Notes: generated by a model from the letters alone, not told the origin. DNA of 64,000 nt from Phyllobates terribilis (GCF_046119375.1 NW_027365766.1:1-64000); one strand, 5' to 3'. Numbered from the stretch's first letter, positions 37,369 to 50,181 are shown. Translations and numbers: made by a program.

Positions 37369-37425
37369 CAATCTTCCCATGCGAGGATTAGAATCCTCCC
37401 TCATTCATATGGGATATATCATACA

Positions 37426-37821
37426 GAAAATGTTTCGGGTGCGGACTGATTTTCGGTGCGAACTGTGTGGACTGTGCACTTTTCAGCATATTATTGGTGC
37501 ACTTCAAGTACATTATCAAGTGTACTACTGGTGCACTCTTTCAGTACACTACTGGTGCACTTCTTGGTGTACTAAGGTGCACTCCCCATTAGTACACTGG
37601 TGCACTACTGGGTGTACTGAGGTGCACTCCTCAGTGTACTAAGGTACACCCCCAATTGTGCTCTGGTACACTCCTCGGTAGTGCACTACCAGGTGCACTC
37701 TACGGTAGTACACTGGTGCACTTTGTAGTAGTGCACTGGTGCACTATCCAGTAATATACTGGTGCACTATGACAGTCCGCACAATCCGCAACGAAAATAA
37801 GTTCCCACCCGATCAGCCCTC
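37426..37821. mobile_element. Mutator-type MITE with GTGCAC-rich internal repeats, copy 1
   Basis: 10-bp TSD atatcataca; GA...TC termini with cgggtgcggact/agttcccacccg subterminal IR; second copy at 49812. Confidence 0.85.
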
Positions 37822-38498
37822 ATATCATACAAATTAATTGAACATTATTTTTATAAATACACATGATAAAAGGTTTATGATATAAAAAACTTAAAATTAG
37901 AACGTACAATTTCATAGAAATAACAAGTTTCAGATTAAAACTACATTAAACTTAATATGTGTACATAAACCCTCAAAAAACCATTTTATGGGACCTGCTA
38001 GATGCAGACAAATGGAGACCTCTACTCCTATAAATGTCCAATTAACGGACTTTTAATTTGTTATAGAATCACCCCTAACATTAATGAAACTTAAGATAGT
38101 CTAACAAATTTACTTATCTATTTTTAACACTAATTAATATTAACTATACAAATTATTATATTAATTATACTTTTTAATAACTTTGTCATGTTTATTTAGT
38201 ATTTTAATCTATTATACCGAATAACCAACTAACTTTTTATGAAAATTGATTTTATAATATATAATTCCAACAACTAAATCAACTTCAACCTCAACTACTA
38301 ATTCAGCCCTTCAAATATTGATTCAGTAACTCTTCAACAGTTTATTAAGATACACAAATATGTAATTTTTTAAAGGTAGACAAATTAGTTAAAGTATATG
38401 TATAAATCAATATACCAATTCAATTTTCCATGTCAATTAGCAAAAAAACTGAAGACATTATCATTACAAACCCTACGTTCCTTCACTTAAGCACAAAA

Positions 38499-39148
38499 CT
38501 AAGTTCCACGACGGTACTCCAACTGCTTCGTATTCTCCAACAGAACCTGTAATCAGAAGTTAAAATTAAGCTTCAATCTTAGTATAAAATGTCCAATTAC
38601 TGAATTTCCATGACCAAATGACCATGAAATCAAACTATAATAACGAATCTAGAACACATACTTCTCGAATGTAACTAGCCACTGCCTTGCAACCCTCTAT
38701 TGCTAGTTGCATAACCATCTCAAACGTATCCGCCTGTAACTTAGAATCCATCTTCATTTTTACAGAGAAACACGATCAATAACAGACGATTACTATGATT
38801 TCATAATCAGATAATAGCAGCAAAAATCAAATAAAATTCCAGCCAGACCTGAAGAAGGGTAACTTTTTCTAGCTTGGGTAAATATCCCACTACCACATCC
38901 GGGCCTTTCGCACTATCTTCCTCATAGGTTAGATCTGTATAGTAAAGCCAATTTATAGTCAAATGAATATTTTGGTTTTAAAAGATTGCATTTTTATCAA
39001 ATATGTGAAAGTACCAAGAAGTGGAGTGGTGTTCAGGTATCCAGCGCTACAACACGTAACAAGATCATTCATTGGAATACCGGCATCAGCTAGAGCGATT
39101 GTTGCAGCATTTATGCATGCCGCTCTAGTTCCTGAAGATACCAACAGT

Positions 39149-39179
<31 letters not shown>

Positions 39180-40700
39180 ACCAGGAATTAAGTTCCACTG
39201 AAATTAGTCCTTGGAATGCGAACATAGAGTGATACACTATGAACGATAGAATATGAATTTGTAGACCTACTAAAAATGAATGGGAAAAAGAAATTCTGAT
39301 TTATTTACAAAATTGTCACTGCGTCACTTTTTTTTGTTTTTTTAGTAGGTTCACGACTTCATACTCTATGTTCACAACTTAATACTTTATGTTCATAATT
39401 TAAATAGTGATATTCGGCTGTCCTAATTTCAGTAGAAACTTCCTCATATGATCAGTAAGAAATTTTAATGACTTACCCCCATCTGCTTGGAGAACTTGGA
39501 CATAAATGTCAATCTGAGAACGAGGCATGAGTTGTGTCATAATACAAGCTTCCATAGTTTCACGGATGACCATTGATATCTCTGTTGAACGCCTACCACG
39601 ACATAAACACATTTATTACTTATTTGAGAAAAACAATTAAGGAAAGTCAAGCTGAAAAGGAATTGGTAAAAACCTGTCCCCCTTCCCCTTTCTCCTGCGA
39701 TCACCAGTACTAAAATTAGCCATGCTGTACTCACATCTGACCTGAAAGAAACAACTCATGAATAAACACAGATGAATACGTAATGATCAAGTAGTTGCAA
39801 CTTTGATAATAACACCAACAACAGATTACCAGTGCGCGGTCACTGATTGTTTGCCCCTTATTTTCAACCTGAAATGGTATAATATTACTTCAATCAAAAG
39901 CACACATAAGAAAGTCTGTATAGCCATTTAAGAGAAAATCATGTTACATGGTTTCTCAAGAAAACACACAGATACAAGAGAAATTCATTTAAGCAAAACA
40001 TATCAAAGGAACCAAAGAGATTATTTAGTTAGCAAACTGCCAAAAAAATCACTGAAATACTACCTTCGTTCATCAAACATTGTCATTTTAAGCATTTGCA
40101 GAAGAACTGAGGAATGCAACAATTAGCCTATATTCTTATTACTTTTTTCTAGAATTCATGACTCACCTCATTTTTAACTAATCAACAAAGAAATTTGCAT
40201 AGAAAGAGTAAAAAAATTACAATTTATAATAAAAAAATCTCATAACTCACTACCTAAACATGTAAGATTAAAATCTTTTCTAAACAAAAATGAGAGTAGT
40301 AAAGTAGAAGTAGTACCTCTCTGGGTCCATAGACAGCTGCTATAACTTTGGTATTTCCCATCTCGAAAACAGCTGAGCTGCATAGTTAGAATCCACAAAA
40401 CACAAAAGCTGTCAAAACTTTGTAACTCAGCTGCACAAACCAACCAAAACAATAGGTGTTCTATTGCAATATTTTGAGTAGAAAATTGAGTGTAAATGTT
40501 AAATTACCCATCTGCATTTGACATGGTGCCAATCTCAGCCCTAAGTTGCCGCATCTAATCATAGAATGGAACAAATTGGAATGAGAAAATGAAGTTGAAG
40601 CAACAAAATAATGAGAGAGATAAGAAGGAGAGGGAGAGGGAGAGACCTCCATTGGACGGCGACCATCACGGCGAAGACCTTCAGGGCTCACGAACTCCAT
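38499..40700 (-). CDS. RRP41: Exosome complex subunit RRP41 (RNase PH family); exons 40700-40647, 40554-40508, 40377-40317, 39868-39830, 39741-39674, 39592-39477, 39131-39015, 38934-38849, 38751-38662, 38546-38499; 241 aa
   Basis: Ten exons join in phase to 726 nt; [78 protein letters not shown]. Confidence 0.96.
39151..39178. repeat. (AT)14 microsatellite in RRP41 intron 6
   Basis: Read directly. Confidence 0.9.
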
Positions 40701-42959
40701 TTCTGCAGAAATCAGCCTGGTTAGGGATATTTACATATAGTAGCTTCATTTTCAAAAACAAGATATCAAAACAAAACACAAGACAAACATATACACGTTA
40801 TTGTTACACAAGATACATTATACTCATATTACACAACTCACACTTCTCAACAGTCAACACAAATACATACATTCCAGTAACAAAGCACAATTGAATCATT
40901 AAACTGTGGAGGCTGAGAATACAAGTAATCAAAGAGCTACAAGAGTGTATGCAATCCAAGCGAGTTTGAACCTGCAAGCCATTACTTAAAAGAAAAAACA
41001 AAATTGAATAAAAAATGATGCAACAAGAGCCAATCACAAAAACGAAGATTAAGGCAGAAGATTTTCTTTTTAACTGTCGTTTTAAGGATTCTCAACTATT
41101 TTCAAGTTAACTGTCATTTAGCTAGTAATCAATTATACTACACTTCTCTATTTGCTTTTATCACTAATCAAATATTACTTGTTTTCTTCTCTCTCGTACT
41201 TTCTAATCTATCAGCCAATCAAACTCTTCATTCTCTAATATTTACTCTCCTCTTCAATGGAGTACTACTGTGTGTTAAAAGGAGAGCTATGCATTTTCTT
41301 AATTTGTGTGTTTTTCTCTAAACAACACTTAATTTGAATCGGATGGAGTATTATTTAAATCTAAAAAACTAGCTTTCCTTATGCTCTTATATTTTCATTT
41401 TCTCATATCCATGGAAAACTAACCAGTGCATATGCTTAGTAAATCATTTATAATAGCATTATGAGGACAATTGGCCAAACAAAATATCTAAAACAACTTC
41501 TGGTTCCCTTGTATTTATGCTACTTTGTTATCTAAACCAACTACCCTTTTCTACTCTTGAATTATCCAGCTTCGATGAGGATGCTGGTAGTTCAGCCACA
41601 TATGATCACAGCCAAAGAATGCATAGAACATAGTATAAAGTACACCATTGATTGTGGAGTTATTGATCAATGGATACTTGGAAGGCGAAGTGGTTACCCT
41701 TCATTTGAAGGTGTAGAAGATGAAGATGTAGAACCAGATGAACATGGCATTACCTCCTTAACAGAGAGAGAGTTTCGAACTGAGGCACGTGTTAGCTGAA
41801 CTACATAGTATTCTTTTTAGGACAAACACGGGGAAATTTTGTTATAGTTCTTCCTTTCCAAAGGTGTTTCGATTTACAATCTTGAGATCAATCTTTTCAA
41901 CTTTTTGTCTGCTTAACTGTAAATTTTGGTGTTCTGGGTTTTTTGTTCTATATAGCAGGGAGGCAAAGCTTACTGATGAGAACAAAAAAGGTCACTTAAG
42001 CAGATTTGAGCTTGTATATTCTTGTGCTTGCCTTTTTATTCAACTTGTTTCAGGTCATGAACACTGCAATTCCCATATTTTTATGCAGCATGTACATGAC
42101 TTCCCATCAATATGAAGCAAAATGTTAACATTTGTCAATTTAAATTGTCAGTGAAAAATGATTTAAGGGGCCGTTTGGTATCAATATACTAAGATACGAG
42201 ATATCTGATCGGTGATGTGGAGCATACAAGGTATGAAATACACCAAATATATGACATATGATGGAAAAGAGGATATAGGTAGTTTGTGTATTGATTTACT
42301 GATGATGAAACACTAGGTATAGATATAAACCATTTTGATACCAATAGTTTATATCAAAATATAATCAGTGTGTACTTTGTACCAGTTCTCTCCTTTACTG
42401 AATGTAGTTTCATAAATTTTCTTCACTCAAAAAGTCAAAAATCAAAATTGTATAGTAGAAGAATAAAAGATATCTTGATCTAAGTTGGTATACTTATGGT
42501 ATAATTCATTGGTCAAAAGCCAAGAGAAAATACTTTCTTGTGCTCTTCTTCTTTGTACACAACCAATCTTTACATTATTCTCTTCCCATCTTTATGATTT
42601 AAACAAGCCTCACAAGTGGAAAATTCTTTCACATATTTAAATTAAGTAATATTACATAGAATCATCAGTCTCAAACTTATCAGCCACAGAATTTTCGACT
42701 GATTGAGCTATTATGAACTCAAAAATACAAAGATATGATAGGAATGGTGTTATTTTTTTGAAGTAACACTTTCATATGGATTTTCAGTAACTGAAGATTC
42801 AAAGTGCATTACCAAATGATTCCAGAAACAGCCAGAGACCCATATATACACACTACATGATTACTGACTACAGGAGAAAGCAGCACAGCAAACAGCTATC
42901 AGTGAGAAATTTAACAAGCAATGCAATGAAAAGCCAGGAACTGTTCATTTTACCAGTAG

Positions 42960-43230
42960 CTACTTGCTCCTACTACTACCACCACCAAAGAGATAATCCA
43001 GTGAGGAATCACCACCTGGTGCAGCATGGACTTTATGCATATAATCGCCAGTTAATATAAAGCACGAGCATCGACATACCTGGACGAGTGCGAGAGAGAC
43101 GTGCGACGCCGGAAGCTAGCAGGAACGCCGGGAGAGAAGAACGGTCGGTGGGGAGAGGAGGATGCAGCTGCGCTCGAGTTTTTTTGGAAGAAAGTTGTGG
43201 AAGTTTCACAAATTCAATTTGGGCCAAAAT
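42960..43230 (-). pseudogene. SPR1: SPIRAL1-like gene remnant: UTR-like first exon with donor fused to the last coding exon; residual 26-aa ORF MHKVHAAPGGDSSLDYLFGGGSSRSK (43040-42960)
   Basis: KVHAAPGG.SSLDYLFG is the conserved SPR1/SP1L C-terminal repeat. CT/GC-rich segment ending in CAG|gtatgt at 43080/43079, 3'UTR-like sequence below 42960; the upstream end is approximate. Confidence 0.8.
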
Positions 43231-43303
43231 TTGAAGCTAGGACCCCAAGGTTTTTTAGGGCCTTACCTGTTAGTTTAACAAAAAACACACCTAGACTGAT
43301 GGT

Positions 43304-43672
43304 TAGGGTTGAGTGAAAAGCCGTCCAAATCGAAAAAATGGACCGGATGGTCTGGATGGAAATTTTAACAAGTATTAAATAATAATTTAAAATTTTAATT
43401 ATATAAGGTGATATATATACACACTATAGATATATTTAACATTTTAGTTTATTTTTATACTGATATAATATTATAAATGATATAAATAAGTTATAAACTA
43501 TAAAAGTTATCAATTTCTACCAATTTAAATGTTAAAGTAAGTTCGGTCCAGGCATGTACTAGACGACACCGAGACTGAGATCGGACCGATATTATTGATC
43601 CGGTCTTTGATTTATAGAATTTAGAGATTCGATCTTCAGTTTGGTCCAGGTTTGGATCGATGTTCATCCATA
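43304..43672. mobile_element. hAT-like MITE
   Basis: Termini tagggttgagtg... and ...tgttcatccata, subterminal accg/cggt repeats; TSD not convincing. Confidence 0.5.
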
Positions 43673-44429
43673 ATTGTTGGAGTATTTTTCCTAACAACTT
43701 ATAATCAAGTCTGAAGCAATAATTATTTTTCCAATCCTTTATGTGTCCAAATTTTGTCGGTCTAGTTGAGGGTGTTAAAACTTCAGGTGATATGGGGCTT
43801 CATAACATTCTTGTCAAGAGCGACAACTTTGTCTTATCAACAACACAAGAAGACGTAGAAAATCCCTTAGGAAATCTCAGTGATCATAAACAGCGACGGA
43901 CACATGCTGGGACCGTTGGGGTTGAGCCCTCATTGGGTCCAACATTTTGAGCAATTTTTTTTCCATTTATATTATTATATATGAATTTATAATTAATTTG
44001 GCTAAATTTTATAATTAAATGTTTTTTATATGTTAAATTTGATTCAGTAGTTTAATAAATTAGATATTAGAGATGATTTGATGAATTTGTGTGAACAATT
44101 TATACTGATTTATGGTCTACTTGATGATATTATAACTATTTCTACTAAAAATACAGTCTTCTAAAAATTCCAGACAAAGTCGGGAATAAATTTTTACCCC
44201 AGTATCTTAGCACCCAGTATTTCCTCCAAATGACATCCATGTTTTAGTTCAATCCAATTATAATGTTCAATTTTACCATGTGATCAAGAAAAAAAATCAT
44301 TAACTACCTTGCAATAAATGAATGGAGCAATGTTAAAAAAAACAAAATTATTAGCTCCCTTGCAATAAATTAATGGAGCAATTGCTTGACCAACATTGTT
44401 GTGGAATTTCTCAACCAGCAAGGCAATGC

Positions 44430-45507
44430 AATATTCATCCTTTCACTTCATTCACCACTTGTTATATAATATTATTTAATCTAAACCTATTTATTTTAAA
44501 CCACCCATTTATATCATTCTGTTAACAAATGACCACCGAACCTATTCTATTAGATTTTCTGTCAAAAGTGCGAAATTATCATTTTAACCCCAACGAAGAA
44601 CTCGTCCTCGTCACTCTTTGTTCCATTTAACCCAAACGAACGAACGAAAGCAAACCTTGGAGTCATCTCAACGAAGAATTCGTCCTCGCCACTCTCTGTT
44701 TCGGTGACAGAGACGTCGGGGGAGCCGAGGTCGGAGTTCAAACCGGTGGTGTTGATGTCGGTGAGGATGTCTTCTTCCGCCATGGCAACAGCTCAGTCCA
44801 GATACAAAAACAGAGCACGGAGACAAAAGGGGGTCGAAATGCTCCGTCGTGGCAACAGCTCGTCTCCTGCTTAGATTTGGGGTTTTTACGAACTTGGAAT
44901 TTGGGGGTTTTCATGAAATTAGGGTTTACAGACTTAGATTTTGGGATTTTCATGAATTTGGGTTAATTGATTAAAGAGAGGAGGATATTGCATTGGAAAT
45001 TGGAGGAGGGGGGTGCCGAAACGGGTTCAAAAGCAAAATTGGAGTGGGGAAGACGACTCTCGCTCAGTGGGGAAGATGACTTCGCTAAAGAGGATGTGAC
45101 AGGGTGCCGAAACTGGAGTGGGGAAGATGACTCTCTCTCAGTTGATCTTCGCTAAAGAGGAGGTGGCGAAGCCGTTTCGTCCTCGGATCGCCATAGCCAA
45201 TCACGAGCAGAGTGAGCTCGAGGAGAAGGAGAAGAAGCTAAAGAAGAAGGAGATGAACAGTATCTCATCAAAATATCATGAGAAAAATCAAGGGTAAAAT
45301 ATCAATTTAAAAAGACCCATTTACGGAAAAAATCAAGGGTAAAATAGTAGTTTCATAGATTTGGACGGAATCACTAACAGAATAGGATCGGGGGTGGTCA
45401 TTTGTTAACGAAAGGACACAAATGGGTGGTTCAACAATAAATAATTTGATAACAAGTGGTTTAAGTCAAATAGTGGTATATAACGGGTGGTTTATGTCAA
45501 TTTTCTC
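44430..45507. mobile_element. Pack-MULE-like element with unidentified GC-rich cargo
   Basis: Inverted arms share accacttgttat, accacccattt, gttaacaaatgaccacc and cctattct; the left terminus is eroded and no TSD was found. Confidence 0.7.
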
Positions 45508-46023
45508 TAAAAACTTTGCAAAGATCGTCTGCCCTAATATTCAATTCAGCTTACTATCGTGATTAATTCAGCCTTTGAGATGTTAAAAAAATTAGCCTTT
45601 GTTTTTGCTTCTTAAAAAAATACTATACAAGTCTCTCATCAACCGTATTTTTTGTTATAGCCCATTTGTTTTCATCAACCAAACGGACTACACCCCGTTT
45701 GATTTTGTTGTAGCCCATTTATTTATTTTTAATTAACGTGTAACTATGCTCCGATCCTCTTTCAACAAAAAAAATCAACCATATTTTATGTGCACTTTGT
45801 TTTATCAATTCTTTTGCATTAAATTTAATCTCAAATATAGTACATTATCTCTGAAAAATCATTAAATGACCTTGTTTGAAGTGTGTCTTCACGTCCGTCA
45901 TCTTTATTGAAAAACTTGTATTGATCCGACACATCCAAATTAGAAAGATTGTTGTAAATTTTAATAAGATTGTAAACATTCATAAATTAGTGAGTTGTAT
46001 AAAATTTCAATAAAGTAAAAGTA

Positions 46024-46709
46024 CGGATTTTTTGCCCGGTACCCCTGAGATATGTCGAAATTCACCGGTATACCAAAGTTTAGCATAATTCTCCGGGTAT
46101 CTCCGAGGTTCGATTTTTGTTTGCCGTATACCCCCATCCAAAATCTTCAACATTGGAATGGTTAGCTTATGCATAAACCCTCACTTTACGTTCTGTTGTT
46201 GATAATTTGTTTTTTTGTCCTCAAGCTAGATAACTAAGAAATGTATGAATAGTTGGAAATATATGTGTATAAGCAATTTTATGTACACTATACAAGTAAG
46301 GCACACAACACATGACATGAGGCTGCTATCAAGAATCGAGTTGTAGCTCGATCTAGGGTTTGGGTTGGGGCCCAGAGAAAGCATCGGGTTCTAACGATCT
46401 GGCGGACTCTTCACTATAAACTCCAGCGATCACTATCCCCCCTCCCACAACATCTGAGTCGTCGTACGTGTTATGGCTTCTCTCAAAATCAACATTGAGG
46501 AGGCCGCACATTAGTAAAGCCAAATTATCAACAACAGAATATAAAGTGAGGGTTTATGCATAAGTTTAACATTCCAATTCTGAAGATTTTTGATGGAGGG
46601 GTATAGGGCAAACAAAAATCGAACCTTGGAAATACCCAGGAAATTATGCTAAAATTTGGTATATCCGGCGAATTTCGCTATACCTCAGGAATACCGGGCA
46701 AAAAATCCG
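46024..46709. mobile_element. Non-autonomous Mutator-like element with about 185-bp TIRs
   Basis: cggattttttgcccggt...gttgataatttg versus caaattatcaac...accgggcaaaaaatccg; degenerate 9-bp TSD gtaaaagta/ataaaatta. Confidence 0.85.
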
Positions 46710-47874
46710 ATAAAATTATAGATACTTAATGGTACGAGGTCAAGAACTTTCTTTTTAGTTCGGTTTCAAGCTTTTGTAAGGCTTATTTAACAAAATTACC
46801 GTAACATTATTCTCATATAAGAAAGCAAAACCGTTTTCTCATGCATACAATTTCTTTCCATTGTCTACTCTCATACACTTGTTAAGAGCAACACAGATAT
46901 GAACTTCTTTGGGAGTTGCTATATGTCCCATGTAGTTTTTTTCCCAAGGTTAGATAGTTACGGTTTACTCTCCTATTAAACTGTTACAGTTCAAGATTTT
47001 TACCTGATTGAAGGCAAAAATTTGTGCACTACAACGAACCGTGATTGTTCGTGTATCATGAACCGTGATGGTTCCTAGTACCATGAATTGTGATGGTTTG
47101 TGGCACCGTGAAACGTGATGGACGTTTAATTAGGGAGGATTATGATTTATTTGACTTGATTCGTGAAATTTTTTGTTTGATACGCATATTTGAGTGTATT
47201 ACAATAAGAGATTGCATAAATTAGTCGTTTTATGTGAGATTAAGGTTCATTAGGCTTGAAAGGTAGTTGATTATGGTTAATTATGGTGTAATATGGTTAC
47301 CTGACTTGATTATTGTAATGTTTTGCTTGATTAACTTTTTTATGCCTATTTGAGTGTATTTTAATAAAAGATTAAATAAATTTATCTTGCTATGTGAGGT
47401 TAGGCTTGATTAGGGTAGAAATATCGTATATTAGGATTGACAATGACAGGTTTGGTCTTTGAAAAGTTGGAATTTGGGTGAAAAGAAGGAGGGGTAGAGA
47501 AGGGTAGATATTTTTATAATTTTTTGAATTAATTAAGGGTATTTTAGTCATTTTACGAATTTAACAGATTTTTTAAAAGATTCTGTCCGTGGGTGGCTCA
47601 TGGTAAAAAAAGTGTGAAATTTGGGTGGTTTGGAATAATTATCGATATAGAGGGTGGTTCCTTGCCAATTCGACCATATAAAGGTGATTCGGTGCAAAAA
47701 CGTCTAAATACTAACATTCTTTTGTAACTTCAGGTCAATGAACGAGTAAACATAAAAATATATATATCAATTATGTGAACTTTAAACATAGATTCGACTT
47801 TGCACAACAAATAATGAGATGGACGTTGTATAAACATTATTGAGCTTCGTCATGTTGTAAAGTAATGAACGTTA

Positions 47875-48699
47875 TGAAAAGTTTATAGCATGATATAAGC
47901 GTTCCAATGTTGTCATAGTTGGTGATATAACTGTTGTTTATCAATTGATGAAAAGAAGGGTTTATAACAACATGTTAATAACTTCGTAACAACGACATAC
48001 TCAAACAGTCATATAAAGATTAATCAATCAAAACTTTGCAATTCAAATAACCCTATTCCACCATAATTAACCATAATCAAATACCTCTCAAGCCTGATCA
48101 ACCATGATGAAAAGTTTATAATATGATATAAGTGTTCTGATATTGTTATAGTTGATGATATAACCGTTATTTATCAACTGAAGATAATAAGAGTTTACAG
48201 TAACATACTCATAACTTCATATATCAATAACATACTCAAATAGGTGTATAAAAACTAGTCAAGCAAAACATTCCGATAATGAACTCAATTAACCATATTC
48301 TACCATAATTCACCGTAATGAGCCCCAGTCTCACATAAAACAATTAATTTATATAATATCTTATGATAATACACTCAAATAAGCATATAAAAAGACTAAT
48401 TAAGCAAAAAATCACACTAATCAAACTGAATAAACCTAATCCACCTCAATAAAGAACTAACAACGTCTTATGGTCACCAGCCATGAACCATCATAGTCCA
48501 TTGTCCATGAACTCAACTAACCATATTCTACCATAATTCACCGTAATGAACCCTAATCTCACATAAAACAATTAATTTACATAATATCTTATTATAATAT
48601 ACTCAAATAAGCATATAAAAAGACTAATTAAGAAAAAAAAACTAATCAAATTGAATAAACCTAATTCACCTTAATTAAGAACTAACAACGTCTTATGGT
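47875..48699. repeat. Diverged tandem duplications with about 230-bp period inside a decayed DNA-transposon region
   Basis: 48279-48474 repeats at 48507-48699; a block starting near 47875 repeats near 48108. Confidence 0.75.
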
Positions 48700-48833
48700 G
48701 AACCATGATGGTTCACCAGCCATGAACCTTCACAATTCATTGTCCATGAACTTTCACAGTTTAATGTATGGTGAATCGTGATGGTTCATGGTATGGTAAA
48801 CCATAACGGTTCACTATGCGAAAAAAAGTACTG

Positions 48834-49086
48834 CTCCCTCCGTCTCTTTTTCTTCTTCTTACTTTTTTTCGATACTATTTATCGATTAAGGGAGTATTGT
48901 TAATATCTCCCAATATATAAGTAAAAATATAGCCGTGAGTGGTCTTGTTTGATTCGTGTAAATAATGCTTTAAAATAACAAAACTTTAAGACTTTTAGAT
49001 TAAAATATTTAGAAATATATAAAACAGAAAGCATATATCGACAAATGTGAAAAAAGAAACTAGAAGAATAAAAAAGGCGGAGAGAG
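48834..49086. mobile_element. Stowaway MITE
   Basis: ctccctccgtc ... ggcggagagag followed by TA. Confidence 0.75.
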
Positions 49087-49811
49087 TATTACCATGGATT
49101 GGAAAGAATTCTATTTTTTAAGGATAACCTGGGTGGAAAAGATATATTATGACATTTCGGGGATCAATAGAGTACTTTAAAAATTTTGGATTTGATTTGC
49201 GACTAGGAATGCCAATGTTTTGGGCTGAAATAAATTTCGCAAATTCAGCAATACTTAATCTAAAAAAACTAATAATCTAAATCAAAATTAGTAGATTCTT
49301 ATTTGTGTCATCCACCTAAACTCAATAAAAATAATAGACCCAATGGATAATTCAATAATCGGAATATTTGAGCCTCAAATATTTGAAACATCTAATTATT
49401 CACAGCTATCTCATACAAGATATATATATCACTTAAGAATAAGGATCCGGTGAAAACAATCCTTATGATGTGAAGTGCGAACTTTCTCGGGTACACATAT
49501 AACACACTAATGTTCACATATAACACGCTAATGTTCACATTTAAAGGGATACAAAAATCACCCAGAAAACATAAAAAAAATAAAAATAACAGTTCACCAT
49601 TAATTACAAAAATGCCACTGCATGGATTTATTAAAAAACCCATCTTTTAATCTCAGCCCTCCATTTTCTAATCTAATGACTCAACATGCTTCGCACTTCA
49701 CACCATAAGGTTGTTTTCACCGGAACTCACCTCATCACTTAATCATCTAATATGAGAGTATATTATATAATATAAATAGATGTTCGTGTATGCAATAAAT
49801 AAATGATTACA

Positions 49812-50181
49812 GAAGACGTTTCGGGTGCGAACTGTTTTTCGGTGCAGACTGTGCGGACTGTGCACTTTTCAGCATATTATTCGTGCACTTCAAGTACATT
49901 ATCAAGTGTACTGCTGGTGCACTCTTTCAGTGCACTACTGGTGCACTTCTTGGTGTACTAAGGTGTACTCCCCAGTAATGCACTGGTGCACTACTAGGTG
50001 TACTGAGGTGCACTCCTCAGTTTACTAAGGTACACCCCCAATTGTGCTCTGGTGCACTCCTCGGTAGTGCACTATCAGGTGCACTCTACGGTAGTACACT
50101 GGTGCACTTTGTAGTAGTGCACTGGTGCACTATCCAGTAATATACTGGTACACTATAACAGTCCGCACCCGATCAACCCTC
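49812..50181. mobile_element. Mutator-type MITE with GTGCAC-rich internal repeats, copy 2
   Basis: 9-bp TSD atgattaca; collinear with 37426-37821. Confidence 0.85.

Noticed and set aside
37500-37770. CRISPR-like appearance of the GTGCAC array
   Set aside because: Eukaryotic context, no constant repeat with unique spacers, no cas genes; bounded by TSDs as a MITE.
41557-41799. Acidic 80-aa ORF upstream of RRP41
   Set aside because: No splice structure or identifiable domain; at most a transposase tail remnant.
43300-43312. Telo-box (ttagggtt) as a promoter element for RRP41 or the SPR1 remnant
   Set aside because: It coincides with the terminus of a hAT-like MITE.
43741-43950. GLHNILVKSDN resembling LINE RNase H
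   Set aside because: Too short and unsupported by adjacent motifs.
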